Shown in pieces: positions 47,416 to 57,618 of a DNA stretch of 64,000 nt. Below the pieces are notes generated by a model, which was not told the origin of the DNA, made no database searches, and saw only the letters and a list, made by a program, of their open reading frames with translations. Within the stretch, counting starts at the first letter, position 1; every line of letters starts with the position of its first letter. Origin of the DNA: an uncultured Erysipelotrichaceae bacterium (GTDB lineage Bacteria > Bacillota_I > Bacilli_A > RFN20 > CAG-826); assembly GCA_946183085.1 (NCBI GenBank), contig CAMGZU010000002.1, positions 2,339-66,338 on the forward strand. Direction: 5' to 3'. Both the position numbers and the translations under genes were made by a program.

Positions 47416-48375
47416 ATGAAACAGAAAATCTTTGGTGTGCCTACTTGGCTCTTCCTCGCCTTCGCTGGACTCTGCGTCATTGGAATCCTCGTTGGCTCCT
47501 TCGTCGACCTATCTTTGTCCAAGGCCATCGCCTCGACTGAGAACGGGCTTGGTGCCTTCGTCGAGACCTTTGGCGAAACGCTGGGCTTTGCCCCCTTTGG
47601 TATTGCCGCGGCCATGCTCTTTTTGGCCCTTTGGAAGAAAGAAGCCCTTTGGATGAAGATCCTTGGCTGGGTGGCTCTAATTGCCGTCCTTCTCGTTGGC
47701 ACCTATTTCCTCGGCGACTTTGTCGTCGGAAAAACGGGCGGCGTCAAATCCGACGGTTCGCTTTATTTCGGCTTCCGCATCGAGAATAAGATCTTGGCCT
47801 TTGGCTATGGTTTCTTGCTCACCGCGATCTTCGCGGCCATCACCTTCTTCATCGTTGACCAAAACAAAGAGGAAGAACTCCTCCGCGTTGGCCTCGCCCT
47901 CCTCGCCGCGATGGCGCTTCAGTGGCTTTTGCTCCATTTCTTGAAAAGGATCGGCGGCCGTCCCCGCTTCCGCTTCCTCTACCTCCTTGACAGCGATCCC
48001 GGCGTTTGGGAAGGCACCCATTACGAATTCCTCAACTGGTGGCAGTTCACCTGGTATAAGAACCCCGGCAACGACTACTTCAAGTCCTGGCCCTCTGGCC
48101 ATAGCGCCACCGCCGGCGTAGCTCTTCTCTTTGGCCTTCTCCCCCACGTTCTCAAAAAGAACTTCAAATACGACACCTACATCTTATTTGGCTGCGGGGC
48201 CCTCTATGGCTTCTTCGTTGCCTTCAGCCGCATCTTGGCGGGCGCCCACTATCTAAGCGACGTCTCGATGGGCCTTCTCATCGGCTGCTTGGTCTCTTAT
48301 GTTTCCGCCCTCCTCGCGGATAAGCTCTTCCGGAAAAAGCAGGAAGAAACCCCCGAACCCGCCATCCAAGAATAA
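47416..48375 (+). CDS. PAP2 family membrane phosphatase
   Basis: PAP2 motifs KRIGGRPRF, PSGHS, SRILAGAHYLSD. Table ORF 46786-48375 is antisense over its first 600 nt; real start at ATG 47416 (MKQKIFGVPTW...). Confidence 0.85.
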   Translation: MKQKIFGVPTWLFLAFAGLCVIGILVGSFVDLSLSKAIASTENGLGAFVETFGETLGFAPFGIAAAMLFLALWKKEALWMKILGWVALIAVLLVGTYFLGDFVVGKTGGVKSDGSLYFGFRIENKILAFGYGFLLTAIFAAITFFIVDQNKEEELLRVGLALLAAMALQWLLLHFLKRIGGRPRFRFLYLLDSDPGVWEGTHYEFLNWWQFTWYKNPGNDYFKSWPSGHSATAGVALLFGLLPHVLKKNFKYDTYILFGCGALYGFFVAFSRILAGAHYLSDVSMGLLIGCLVSYVSALLADKLFRKKQEETPEPAIQE

Positions 48376-48389
48376 AAGGAGGTTCCTCC

Positions 48390-49106
48390 ATGAACATGAA
48401 AGAAATGATCGCGACAAGGCATTCTTGCCGCGCCTATAAGGATGAGGCGGTCGACGAAAAGACCATCGAAAGCCTCAAGCACTTTTTGGCAGAGGCAAAG
48501 CCTCTTTTCCCAGAGCTTGAAGTCCGCTACGAATTCCTCGGCTTGGACGACATGATGCCAATCGCCAACTACCACGCGCCGCATTACATCGTCGTCTACG
48601 CCAAGAAGCACCCGCTCGCGAAAGTGAATGCCGGCTTCTTGTTCCAGCAATTCGACCTCTATGCGCAATCCCTTGGCTTAGGCGTCTGCTGGCTTGGCAT
48701 CACCGGGCCAGAGGAAGATCTCCGCAAAGACTTCTTCGCCACCCATCCCGATTACGAATACGTGATCTCCCTCTCCTTTGGCTATCAAGAAGGGGATGGT
48801 GGCCCCGCCCACTTCCATGGCCGAAAGGCGCTAGAAGAGATCTCCGATTCCTTGGACGAGCGTTTGGAGCCCGCCCGTCTTGCGCCGAGCGCGAAGAACG
48901 GCCAGCCTTGGTACTTCCTCCACAAAGAGGATGGCTACGACGTCTATAAGGATGACAATCCCGCCGTCACCAGATGGCAGGAAGTCGACATCGGCATCGC
49001 CCTTGCCCATTTATACGTCTATCACCCCGCGACCTTCGAAGCCTTCACCCGCGAAGAGCCGAAGGAACTCGAAAAGCGCGTCTACATCACCTCCATCCGT
49101 TTCTAA
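48390..49106 (+). CDS. nitroreductase family protein
   Basis: ...ATRHSCRAYKDEAV... nitroreductase N-terminal motif. RBS AAAGGAGG at 48375-48382. Confidence 0.75.
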   Translation: MNMKEMIATRHSCRAYKDEAVDEKTIESLKHFLAEAKPLFPELEVRYEFLGLDDMMPIANYHAPHYIVVYAKKHPLAKVNAGFLFQQFDLYAQSLGLGVCWLGITGPEEDLRKDFFATHPDYEYVISLSFGYQEGDGGPAHFHGRKALEEISDSLDERLEPARLAPSAKNGQPWYFLHKEDGYDVYKDDNPAVTRWQEVDIGIALAHLYVYHPATFEAFTREEPKELEKRVYITSIRF

Positions 49107-49223
49107 CGAAAGCGCCCCGATTCCAAAAGGGCGTTTTTCAAATCGACAAAAACGGCTTTTCGTGTTGCTCTTTTTTCGTTTTCGCTCCGCTAAAGTTAGG
49201 GACGTAAGCAGGAGGAAAAAACC

Positions 49224-49577
49224 ATGAACACAGACAAAACTTACGCCGAAAGGGTCGCTTCGGAATACGCGCCCAAAGAAACGAGCAAGGTCGTCGCTCT
49301 TCGTAAACTCGACCGCAAAGCCAAGCAAGGAGCCAACATCTTTGCCTACACCTTCGGCATCGCGATGGCGTTGACCCTTGGAACCGGCATGTGCTTTTCT
49401 TTGAAGATCCTCGGCGATGGCTCGACGCCCCTTTTCATCGCCGGCATCGCCATCGGGCTGATCGGGATCTTCGGGGTCGTCATCAACTATCCCATCTACA
49501 AAAAACTCATCCAACGCGGGAAAAAGAAGTATGGCAATGATATCCTTGCCTTGGCCAAGGAAATCGCCGAAGAGTGA
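49224..49577 (+). CDS. small hypothetical membrane protein (117 aa)
   Basis: Two TM helices. RBS GGAGGA upstream. Confidence 0.5.
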   Translation: MNTDKTYAERVASEYAPKETSKVVALRKLDRKAKQGANIFAYTFGIAMALTLGTGMCFSLKILGDGSTPLFIAGIAIGLIGIFGVVINYPIYKKLIQRGKKKYGNDILALAKEIAEE

Positions 49578-49583
49578 TCTTGC

Positions 49584-50153
49584 ATGAAACGGAGCGAAAG
49601 CAAATACTTCAACACCGCCCTCTTGATGGACGAAGCCCTTCTTCAACTTCTTGAGAAGAAGGACTTTCCTTTTATCAGCGTCAAGGAGGTCTGCAAGAAA
49701 GCGGGCGTCAACCGCTCCACCTTTTATCTGCATTACGAATCCTTGAACGACCTTCTCGATGAGGCGATCGCGATGCTCAACGAACGTTTTGTCTCCTCGT
49801 TTCCGGAAGACCTCGTCAAAGACATCGGCAACGAAATCCTGACTTCCCCGAAATACCTGACGCCTTACCTAACGTTCGTGAAGGAGAATCGGAGGGCGTA
49901 TCGGCTCATCCACGACAAACCGGAGCTTTTCTCCGCCGAAGCGGCCTTCCGAAAGATGTACCGGGACGTTTTCGACCCTGCGCTCGACCATTTCCACGTC
50001 CGCGAAAAAGAAAAAGACTATATCCTTGATTTCTATACGAAGGGCACGCTCGCCATCATTCAAAAATGGGTGGCCAAGGATTGCAAAGAAGAGATCCCCT
50101 TCCTCGTCGATCTGATCGCCCGCCTCACCTTTGCCAATGAAAGAAAAGCTTAA
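49584..50153 (+). CDS. TetR/AcrR family transcriptional regulator
   Basis: ...FISVKEVCKKAGVNRSTFYLHYESL... TetR HTH. Confidence 0.85.
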   Translation: MKRSESKYFNTALLMDEALLQLLEKKDFPFISVKEVCKKAGVNRSTFYLHYESLNDLLDEAIAMLNERFVSSFPEDLVKDIGNEILTSPKYLTPYLTFVKENRRAYRLIHDKPELFSAEAAFRKMYRDVFDPALDHFHVREKEKDYILDFYTKGTLAIIQKWVAKDCKEEIPFLVDLIARLTFANERKA

Positions 50154-50778
50154 GCGACTGAAAGAGTTCTATGACGCGAAGAACATCGGATTCTACCTTT
50201 CCCTCTTCGCGCCTTTTGCCATGGGGACCATCCACTTGATCAGCGTTCTCATCCATTTCGACTATGCCGCGCTTTCTTATTGCCTCTTCTCCTACCTAAT
50301 CGTTCCGGCGAGGCTTTGGCAATGGGCGATTGAGAAGCGAAGCTTCAAACCTAACGGCTATCTTGCGGGCATTCTTTCCGTCGTCATCCTCTCCGTTCCG
50401 ATGATGACGGCCTTCGTTTTGACGATCCTTTTCAAAGACGCGCCGATCTACCTTTGGGATTGGCTCATTTACGCCTACGCCTTCTATGGCACGGTCAAAA
50501 TGGTTATGGCGGTCCGTAAACGCATCAAAGCAAGGAAGGGCGAATCGGTCCAGGACAACGTCTTGTCTTGGATCGGCCTCCTCTCCGCGCTTTACACGAT
50601 TCAGATGATGGAATTCCGTCTCATCAAATTCGCCTCTTCCGGCGAGGATCACGCCATGTACCTCATGCAGCTTTTCACTCAAGGCGCCATCTTCCTTTTC
50701 GCGCTTTTCGTCATCGGCTACTTCCTCCGCCGCCTCCTCAAAACGAAAAAAGAGCAGGCCACCGGCCTGCCCTCATAA
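50131..50778 (+). CDS. hypothetical membrane protein (215 aa)
   Basis: Five or six TM helices. Overlaps the TetR stop by 23 bp. Confidence 0.5.
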   Translation: MPMKEKLKRLKEFYDAKNIGFYLSLFAPFAMGTIHLISVLIHFDYAALSYCLFSYLIVPARLWQWAIEKRSFKPNGYLAGILSVVILSVPMMTAFVLTILFKDAPIYLWDWLIYAYAFYGTVKMVMAVRKRIKARKGESVQDNVLSWIGLLSALYTIQMMEFRLIKFASSGEDHAMYLMQLFTQGAIFLFALFVIGYFLRRLLKTKKEQATGLPS

Positions 50779-50784
50779 AGTTCC

Positions 50785-51636
50785 TTATTTCTGCTTGTCG
50801 AAGTTCATGCGGATGAGCGGCATGAAGAGACTGCCAAGCCATCTTGGGATTGGCAGGAATTTCTTGTGTTTGTCGAGCTTAGCGATTTTCGCCATCTCCT
50901 CTTCGGTCAAAGCGAAGTCGAAGATGTCGATGTTGCTCTTGATGTGGGCCTCGTTCCTAGAACCCGGGATCACGATGTTCCCCTTTTGGATGTGCCAACG
51001 GAGGATGATCTGAACCTTGGATTTGCCGTATTTCTTGGCGAGTTCTTCCCAAAGGGGCTCGTTGATGAGCTTTTTGTTCATGCTGCCAAGCGGATACCAA
51101 GCCTCAAGCTTGATGCCAAGTTTTTCGTGATGGGCGCGCAGTTCGTCCTGGGCGTGATAGGGATGGCACTCGACTTGGTTCACGACCGGCTTGATGGTCG
51201 CGTATTCCATCATCTTGTCCACGAGTTTGGCGGGGAAATTGGAGACGCCGATCGATTTGATCTTGCCCTGACGGACCATCTCCTCCAAATCAAGCCACGC
51301 TTTCTTGATGTCGCCATAAGGCTGATGGAGCAAGAAGAGATCCAAGTACGGGGTGTCGAGCCTTTTTAAGGTCGCCTCCACCACTTCGGGGATCTTTTTG
51401 TAATACCCCGGGAAGACCTTGGAGGTCAAAAAGATCTCCTCACGCTTTAACCCAGAGGCCTTGATGCCGCGGCCCACCGCCCTTTCGTTCATGTAGAAGT
51501 TGGCGGTGTCGATGTGACGGTAGCCATTTGCCAAAGCCGTCTTGACCGCGAATTCCGCCTCCTCTGGCGACAAACGAAACACACCGATGCCAAATTGGGG
51601 GATCGTGAGCCCATTATTCATTTTGAGTGATTCCAT
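50785..51636 (-). CDS. aldo/keto reductase
   Basis: ...GYRHIDTANFY..., ...LDLFLLHQP..., ...IGVSNF... AKR blocks. Confidence 0.9.
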   Translation of the reverse strand: MESLKMNNGLTIPQFGIGVFRLSPEEAEFAVKTALANGYRHIDTANFYMNERAVGRGIKASGLKREEIFLTSKVFPGYYKKIPEVVEATLKRLDTPYLDLFLLHQPYGDIKKAWLDLEEMVRQGKIKSIGVSNFPAKLVDKMMEYATIKPVVNQVECHPYHAQDELRAHHEKLGIKLEAWYPLGSMNKKLINEPLWEELAKKYGKSKVQIILRWHIQKGNIVIPGSRNEAHIKSNIDIFDFALTEEEMAKIAKLDKHKKFLPIPRWLGSLFMPLIRMNFDKQK

Positions 51637-51726
51637 GATGCAACTACCTCGACATTCTAAAGGAATGATACGGGCGAAACGTTTCTTGTCTAGCGAAGCG
51701 CCCTTGGTTTTCGAAGCAGAACAAAA

Positions 51727-51760
51727 AAAGGCTCCCGCAAACGGGAAGCCTTGTTTTTCC
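51727..51760. terminator. bidirectional rho-independent terminator downstream of tRNA-Ser(GCT)
   Basis: AAAAAAA-GGCTCCCG-caaa-CGGGAAGCC-TTGTTTTT. Confidence 0.75.
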
Positions 51761-51763
51761 TTC

Positions 51764-51854
51764 TGGCGGAGACAGAGGGATTTGAACCCTCGCTGGCCTT
51801 GCGACCACTAACGGTTTAGCAAACCGTCCCCTTCGGCCTCTTGGGTATGTCTCC
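51764..51854 (-). tRNA. tRNA-Ser (anticodon GCT)
   Basis: RC GGAGACATACCCAAGAGGCCGAAGGGGACGGTTTGCTAAACCGTTAGTGGTCGCAAGGCCAGCGAGGGTTCAAATCCCTCTGTCTCCGCCA. Long variable arm. Anticodon loop TTGCTAA. Confidence 0.85.
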
Positions 51855-51911
51855 GTGCCGAGATAATATACAACAACCTTACCTAGGTTGCACGAAGTTT
51901 TCTCGCTTTTC

Positions 51912-53132
51912 TCACTTCAGATTGGCGAGCATCAGCTTCAAGCGGTTTTCTTGGTTGACTTGGGTTGAGGAAGCGTCGAAATCAAGCGGCACGATGTTGA
52001 TGGAAGGATCGATCTCTTTCAAAGGCCGCACCATCCCTTTGCCGACGATGTGATTGGGAAGACAGCCAAAGGGCTGCGCGCAGACGATGTTGTGGACGCC
52101 ATTTTGGCTATAGGCGAGCATCTCGGCGGGGATCAGCCATCCTTCGCCCATCTTCACGCCCGTATTGATGATGCGCTCTCCCTGCTTTACGACGTATTCG
52201 AAGTCTTCGTAAGGGAAATAGCCCCCTTCTTTGATGAGGGAATTCATGACCCTTGTCTGCTTCAAGAAATGCTTATAAAGCATCCCCGCGACTTTGGCGG
52301 TGAGCCACTTCATGCCATAGCGGCGGTAATCCTCCATCATGTTGTAGATGCAATAGAGGACGAATTCCGATAGCGAAGGATAGACGACTTCGCAGTTCTG
52401 CTTTTCCAAGAACTCCGTGAGGTTGTTGTTGGCATAAGGCGAATATTTGACGTAGATCTCCCCGACGATTGCGACGCGCGGCTTCCTCTTTTGGGGAAGT
52501 GAGATGGCCGAGAAGGCGTCGCGGATCATCAAAAGATTTTTCTTGAGCTTCATGAAAGAAGGCTTGCCGATCTGCGCTTTGAGCTTCGCGGCGAGGTCTT
52601 TTTTGATTTCCTCGACCTGACCAGGATAGGTCTCATAGGGACGGGTCTGGAGCTCCAAGTTGAAGATCATGTCGCCATATTGGACGGCGGTGACCGCCTT
52701 CAAGGCGAGCGGGACGTTAAAGGGCAAGGAAGCGTCTTTTTCTAACCCCGAGAAGTTGATGGATAGCACCGGGACGGTCGGGAAAAGCTCATGGAAGGCC
52801 TTGCGGAACAAGGAGATGTAATTGGACGCGCGGCATCCCCCGCCAGTCTGCGACATGATGACCGCGGTGTGATCAAGGTCATACTGCCCCGACTTCAACT
52901 CGGCGATGAATTGGCCGGCGACAATCAAAGCGGGGTAGCAGGCGTCGTTGTGGATGGCGCGTAACCCCTCGTCTTTGGCCTCGCGGCCTTTCGGCGAGAC
53001 GATCTTGATGTTGTAGCCTTCTTTGTTCAAGACGGCGATCAGGATATCGAAATGGGTCGGAAGCATGTCCGGGCAAAGGATGGTGTATTTCTCTTTGCGA
53101 AGCTTCTTGAAGAATTTGGAACGCTCGCTCAT
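51912..53132 (-). CDS. 2-hydroxyacyl-CoA dehydratase D-component-like / double-cubane-cluster-protein-like Cys-rich protein
   Basis: 406 aa with conserved Cys (ILCPD, NDACYP, GGGCRASN, VCAQPFGCLPNH) typical of the HgdB/DCCP family. 4-bp overlap with the activase gene. Confidence 0.65.
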   Translation of the reverse strand: MSERSKFFKKLRKEKYTILCPDMLPTHFDILIAVLNKEGYNIKIVSPKGREAKDEGLRAIHNDACYPALIVAGQFIAELKSGQYDLDHTAVIMSQTGGGCRASNYISLFRKAFHELFPTVPVLSINFSGLEKDASLPFNVPLALKAVTAVQYGDMIFNLELQTRPYETYPGQVEEIKKDLAAKLKAQIGKPSFMKLKKNLLMIRDAFSAISLPQKRKPRVAIVGEIYVKYSPYANNNLTEFLEKQNCEVVYPSLSEFVLYCIYNMMEDYRRYGMKWLTAKVAGMLYKHFLKQTRVMNSLIKEGGYFPYEDFEYVVKQGERIINTGVKMGEGWLIPAEMLAYSQNGVHNIVCAQPFGCLPNHIVGKGMVRPLKEIDPSINIVPLDFDASSTQVNQENRLKLMLANLK

Positions 53133-56074
53133 TGCTTGGCCCTCCTTCTTTTCTCTTCGACCGCGGCGATTAAGCTCCGGATGCGGATGCGGACCGCGCC
53201 AAGGTTATTGATCTCATCGATTTTGATCATCGTGTAGAGGCGGCCCTTCTCTTCGAGGATCCTCCGCACTTCGTCGGTGGTGATCGCGTCCACCCCACAG
53301 CCGAAAGAGACGAGATGGAGCATCTCCATGTCGGGTTGGCTCGCCACGTAATGGGCGGCGTCGAATAGGCGCGCATGATAAGTCCACTGGTTGAGGACTT
53401 GGGTCTTTAATGGGGCGTCCATGAAGGCGATCGCGTCTTCGCTGACCACCGCGACGTCCAAAGAATCCAAGAGCTTGTCGATGCCATGGTTGACCTCGGG
53501 GTCGATGTGATAGGGACGGCCAGCGACCACGATGATGGTCTTGCCTTGCTTTCTCGCTTCCTCGATGACGCGCTTCCCCTGCTCTTTCACGTCCTGACGG
53601 TAGGCGCTAAACGCTGCAACGCCTGCCTCAAATGCCGTTTTGATTTCCTTTTTGGAGAAGCCACGTTCCTTCAACGATTCGTAAAGGGAGTCGATCGCGT
53701 GCTTCGGGGCATTGAGGTCGAGGAAGGGGTCGATGAAGTTCTTCTCATTCAAACGGGAGTCGTTCTTCTTGATGAGCTCGCCATAGTAGGCGACGACTGG
53801 GCAGTTAAAGTGATTCGATCCCCTCTTCTCGTCCACGTTGTAGGATTCGGAAGGATAGAAAAGGAAATCGCAGTTCTCGTTCAAAAGGTAATCGGCGTGG
53901 CCGTGCATGAGCTTGGCGGGGTAGCAAGCCGTATCGCTCGGGATGGTTTTCTGGCCATGGCGGTAGAGCTTTCTCGTGGAGAAAGGCGAGACGACCGTCT
54001 CGCAGCCAAGGCGCTTAAAGAAGGTGTCCCAAAGAGGGAGTTGCTCATAAAGAGCAAGGGAAAGCGGCAAGCCGACGCGGAATTTGGGTTCCTTCGGATT
54101 CTCTTCTAACTGAAGGAGGCGCTTTCTCTTGTAGGCATAAAGATCAAGAGTATTCGGCTTGGCTTTCTTGCCTTCGCCTTTCTCGCATTTGTTGCCCGAG
54201 ATGAAGACGCCTTTGTCCGGGAAGCTAAGGATGGTCAAATTGCAGTGCGACGTGCAGCCTTGGCACAAAGCGTGCTTGGTCGTGTAAGAGAAATGATCGA
54301 GCTCTTCTTTGGTGATGAGCTTGCTGACGCCGCCGCGCTCTTTCGCATAAAGGGCTGCGCCAAAAGCGCCCATAAGACCCGCAATCGAAGGACGCGTGAC
54401 TTCATGGCCGATTTCCTGTTCGAAAGAACGAAGAACCGCGTTATTGAGGAAGGTGCCGCCTTGGCAGACGATCCTCTCCCCTAGTTCTTCAAAGCTATGG
54501 ACGCGGATGACCTTATAAAGAGCGTTTTTGACGACCGAGCGGGATAAGCCGGCCGAGATCTCCTCGATGGAGGCGCCATCGCGCTGAGCTTGCTTGACCG
54601 AGGAATTCATGAAGACCGTGCAGCGGGAGCCAAGCTCGACGGGGCGTTTGGCGAACAAGCCGATCTTTGAGAAGCTTTCGACGTCGTAGCCGAGGGCTTG
54701 GGCAAACGCCTGCAAGAAAGAGCCGCAGCCCGAAGAGCAGGCTTCGTTGAGCATTATGGAATCGATGGCCCCGTTTTTGATGCGGAAGCATTTGATGTCT
54801 TGGCCGCCGATGTCGAGGATGAAATCGACTTTGGGTTCGAAGAAAGAGGCCGCCTTGAAATGGGCCATGGTCTCCACGAGTCCATAATCGACGTGAAGCG
54901 ATGCCATGATGAGCTCTTCGCCATAGCCGGTGACGGCGCTGGAGACGATCTTCATCTTGGGGTTCGCGATGGAATAGATGTGCTTGAGCTGGGCGACGAT
55001 CTTGTCGATCGGCAAGCCGTTGTTTGGCTCGTAATGGGAATAAAGGACTTCGTTGTTCTCCGAGAGGAGGACGATCTTCGTGGTCGTCGAGCCTTCGTCG
55101 ATGCCAAGATAAGCTTTGCCTTCGTAGGTCGCAATGTCGCGGGTTGCCACGTCGAAGTCTTTGTGGCGCTTCAAGAAAGCGTCGTAGTCCGCTTGGTTTT
55201 CGAATAAGGGCTCACCGACGATGATGTCCCCGACCGAGGAAACGGCGTTGATGCGTTCCATGATTTCGTTCAGGGAAAGCACCTCTTCTTGCTTCAAGGC
55301 ATAAACCGCGGCGCCTTTGGCCATGAAGGTATCCGCCCCTTGCGGGAAGATCGCCTGCTCATCGCTAAGCTTCAAGCGGTTTTTGAAAGCGAGCCTTAAT
55401 CCTTTGAGGAAGAACAAAGGGCCGCCTAAGAAAAGCACGTTGCCCTTAATCTCGCGACCCTGGGCAAGCCCGGCGATCGTCTGATCGGCGACGGCATAGA
55501 AAATCGAAAGGGCGATGTCTTCCTTTTTCGCGCCTTGGTTGAGGATTGCCTGAACATCGCTTTTGGCGAAAACGCCGCAACGCGAAGCGATCGGGTAGGC
55601 TTTTTCGGCGCGAAGGGCCATCGCATCCATCTCGGGAAGCGAGATGTTCAAAAGGGTGGCCATTTGGTCGATGAAGGCGCCAGTGCCGCCAGCGCAGGAG
55701 CCGTTCATCCTCTCTTCCACGCCGCCGGTTAGGAAGATGATCTTGGCATCTTCGCCGCCAAGCTCAATCGCCGCGTCGGCCTCCGGGAAGAGTTTGCGGA
55801 TCGCCAAGAACGCCGATTCGACTTCCTGGACGAAGGGAAGATGGGCGCGTTCGGAAAGGCCCAAGCCCGCCGAACCCGTGAAAGAAACGTGATAAGGACC
55901 CATGCCGACCTTCTCTTTGATCTCGTTTAGCTCAATGAGGGCGGTTTCTTTGACTTTCGAGCCATGGCGGAGATAGTTCGCGTATAGCACTTCGCCATCC
56001 GCATTTAAAACCACGGCTTTCACCGTGGTCGAGCCGACGTCGATTCCTAAGGAGAGGGTTTCTTTCTTTTGCAT
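53129..56074 (-). CDS. CoA-substrate-specific enzyme activase: tandem BadF/BadG/BcrA/BcrD-type ATPase domains fused to an HgdB-like/DUF2229 region
   Basis: Two acetate/sugar-kinase-fold modules (...LGIDVGSTTVKAV...; ...LGIDEGSTTTKIV...), each followed by Cys pairs, then a ~350-aa C-terminal domain. Confidence 0.75.
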   Translation of the reverse strand: MQKKETLSLGIDVGSTTVKAVVLNADGEVLYANYLRHGSKVKETALIELNEIKEKVGMGPYHVSFTGSAGLGLSERAHLPFVQEVESAFLAIRKLFPEADAAIELGGEDAKIIFLTGGVEERMNGSCAGGTGAFIDQMATLLNISLPEMDAMALRAEKAYPIASRCGVFAKSDVQAILNQGAKKEDIALSIFYAVADQTIAGLAQGREIKGNVLFLGGPLFFLKGLRLAFKNRLKLSDEQAIFPQGADTFMAKGAAVYALKQEEVLSLNEIMERINAVSSVGDIIVGEPLFENQADYDAFLKRHKDFDVATRDIATYEGKAYLGIDEGSTTTKIVLLSENNEVLYSHYEPNNGLPIDKIVAQLKHIYSIANPKMKIVSSAVTGYGEELIMASLHVDYGLVETMAHFKAASFFEPKVDFILDIGGQDIKCFRIKNGAIDSIMLNEACSSGCGSFLQAFAQALGYDVESFSKIGLFAKRPVELGSRCTVFMNSSVKQAQRDGASIEEISAGLSRSVVKNALYKVIRVHSFEELGERIVCQGGTFLNNAVLRSFEQEIGHEVTRPSIAGLMGAFGAALYAKERGGVSKLITKEELDHFSYTTKHALCQGCTSHCNLTILSFPDKGVFISGNKCEKGEGKKAKPNTLDLYAYKRKRLLQLEENPKEPKFRVGLPLSLALYEQLPLWDTFFKRLGCETVVSPFSTRKLYRHGQKTIPSDTACYPAKLMHGHADYLLNENCDFLFYPSESYNVDEKRGSNHFNCPVVAYYGELIKKNDSRLNEKNFIDPFLDLNAPKHAIDSLYESLKERGFSKKEIKTAFEAGVAAFSAYRQDVKEQGKRVIEEARKQGKTIIVVAGRPYHIDPEVNHGIDKLLDSLDVAVVSEDAIAFMDAPLKTQVLNQWTYHARLFDAAHYVASQPDMEMLHLVSFGCGVDAITTDEVRRILEEKGRLYTMIKIDEINNLGAVRIRIRSLIAAVEEKRRRAKQ

Positions 56075-56135
56075 GGGGTGGGGTTTCTTTTAGAAAAGCA
56101 CCTCGTATTTTATACTAGATTTCTCATAAAGGAAG

Positions 56136-56165
56136 CGAAATGAAAAGGAGACCTATCAGTCTCCT
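56136..56165. terminator. terminator hairpin after proS
   Basis: GGAGAC-ctatcag-GTCTCC flanked by T-runs on both strands. Confidence 0.6.
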
Positions 56166-56174
56166 TCTTTTGGA

Positions 56175-57614
56175 TCAATAAGCTTTGGCGAAATAGATGA
56201 CGCGATCGGCGGGTTTGCCATCCAAGGGGCAGGTATCGCCGAAGGGCTTTTCGTTGAAGGGCAGGCAGCGCGCGGTGCCGCCATTGGTGACTTCCTTGAC
56301 CTTCATTTCGAGTTCTTCGTCTTCGTGCCACATCATCCTCGCGTAGCCGCCTTCGTCCAAGATGGCTTTGAGCTCATCCCAGCTATTCGCGGTCTTGATA
56401 TGCTTGGCAAGATAGTCTTTGGCCTTTTCGAACATGCCGGCTTGGATTTCTTCCAAGATGGCGGGGATCTTCTCGATCTCGGAGAGCGGGACGATGTCCT
56501 TCGCGCCGTTATAGCGGCGGGCGAGGGCCATGTTGCCGTTTTCCAAATCGCGCGGGCCGATCTCGATGCGGAGCGGGACGCCCTTCATCTCCCATTCGGC
56601 GAATTTCCAGCCAGGCGTGTGGTCGGTTTCGTCGATTTCGGCGCGGACTCCCAATTTGGTGAGCTCGTCCAGAAGCTTATGGCATTCTTCCATAACCGCA
56701 GGGACTTTGTCGCCGCGGATCGGGATGATGACGGTTTGGATCGGGGCGACGCGCGGAGGCAAAACAAGGCCGTTGTCGTCACCATGGACCATGATGAGAG
56801 CGCCGAGCAAGCGGGTCGAGACGCCCCAGGAGGTCTGGTGCGGGGTATTGAGTTTTTGATCGCGGCCAAGGAATTCGATGTCCGCGGCTTTCGCGAAGCC
56901 CGTGCCAAGATAATGGGTGGTCCCCGATTGGAGCGCTTTGCCATCGGGCATCAAAGCTTCGATGGAGTAGGTCGCGACCGCGCCGGCGAATTTCTCGTGC
57001 TCGGTCTTCTGCCCTTTGACGAAGGGGATGGCGAGGAGCTCTGTGCCGATGGAGTCATAGACCTCGAGCATCGTAAGCGCATCGTCCCTGGCTTCTTCTT
57101 CGGTCTCAAAAAGGCAATGGCCTTCCTGCCAAAGGAATTCGGAGCCGCGGAGGAAAGGACGGGTCGTCTTTTCCCAGCGGACGACGGAGCACCACTGGTT
57201 GTATTTCTTCGGAAGGTCGCGGTAGCTCTTCACCTGGCGCTTATAAAGCTCGGAGAAGAGGATCTCGGAGGTCGGACGGATGATGAGCGGGTCGCTTAAT
57301 TCGCTGCCGCCGCCGATCGTCGCTACCAAGCATTCGGGGGCAAAGCCCTCGACGTGCTCTTTCTCGGTCGCGAAAAGCGACTGGGGGATGACCATCGGAA
57401 GATAGACGTTCTTCGCGCCTTTGGCCTTGAATTTGCGGTTGCAGAAATTCTGAATCTCCTCCCAAATGGCATAGCCATAGGGAAGGTAATCGATGAAGCC
57501 TTTCACGGACGTATAGTCCATGAGCTCGGCTTTCTTGCAGACGTCGGTGTACCACTGGGCGAAATCATCTTCCTGCCTGGTGATCGCGTCGTTTTTGGTT
57601 TGGTTGGGGTTCAT
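56175..57614 (-). CDS. proS: prolyl-tRNA synthetase, archaeal/eukaryote-like short form
   Basis: 479 aa class II aaRS with ProRS motifs; no bacterial-type INS editing domain. Begins 4 nt after the upstream membrane-protein gene. Confidence 0.9.
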   Translation of the reverse strand: MNPNQTKNDAITRQEDDFAQWYTDVCKKAELMDYTSVKGFIDYLPYGYAIWEEIQNFCNRKFKAKGAKNVYLPMVIPQSLFATEKEHVEGFAPECLVATIGGGSELSDPLIIRPTSEILFSELYKRQVKSYRDLPKKYNQWCSVVRWEKTTRPFLRGSEFLWQEGHCLFETEEEARDDALTMLEVYDSIGTELLAIPFVKGQKTEHEKFAGAVATYSIEALMPDGKALQSGTTHYLGTGFAKAADIEFLGRDQKLNTPHQTSWGVSTRLLGALIMVHGDDNGLVLPPRVAPIQTVIIPIRGDKVPAVMEECHKLLDELTKLGVRAEIDETDHTPGWKFAEWEMKGVPLRIEIGPRDLENGNMALARRYNGAKDIVPLSEIEKIPAILEEIQAGMFEKAKDYLAKHIKTANSWDELKAILDEGGYARMMWHEDEELEMKVKEVTNGGTARCLPFNEKPFGDTCPLDGKPADRVIYFAKAY

Positions 57615-57618
57615 ATCG

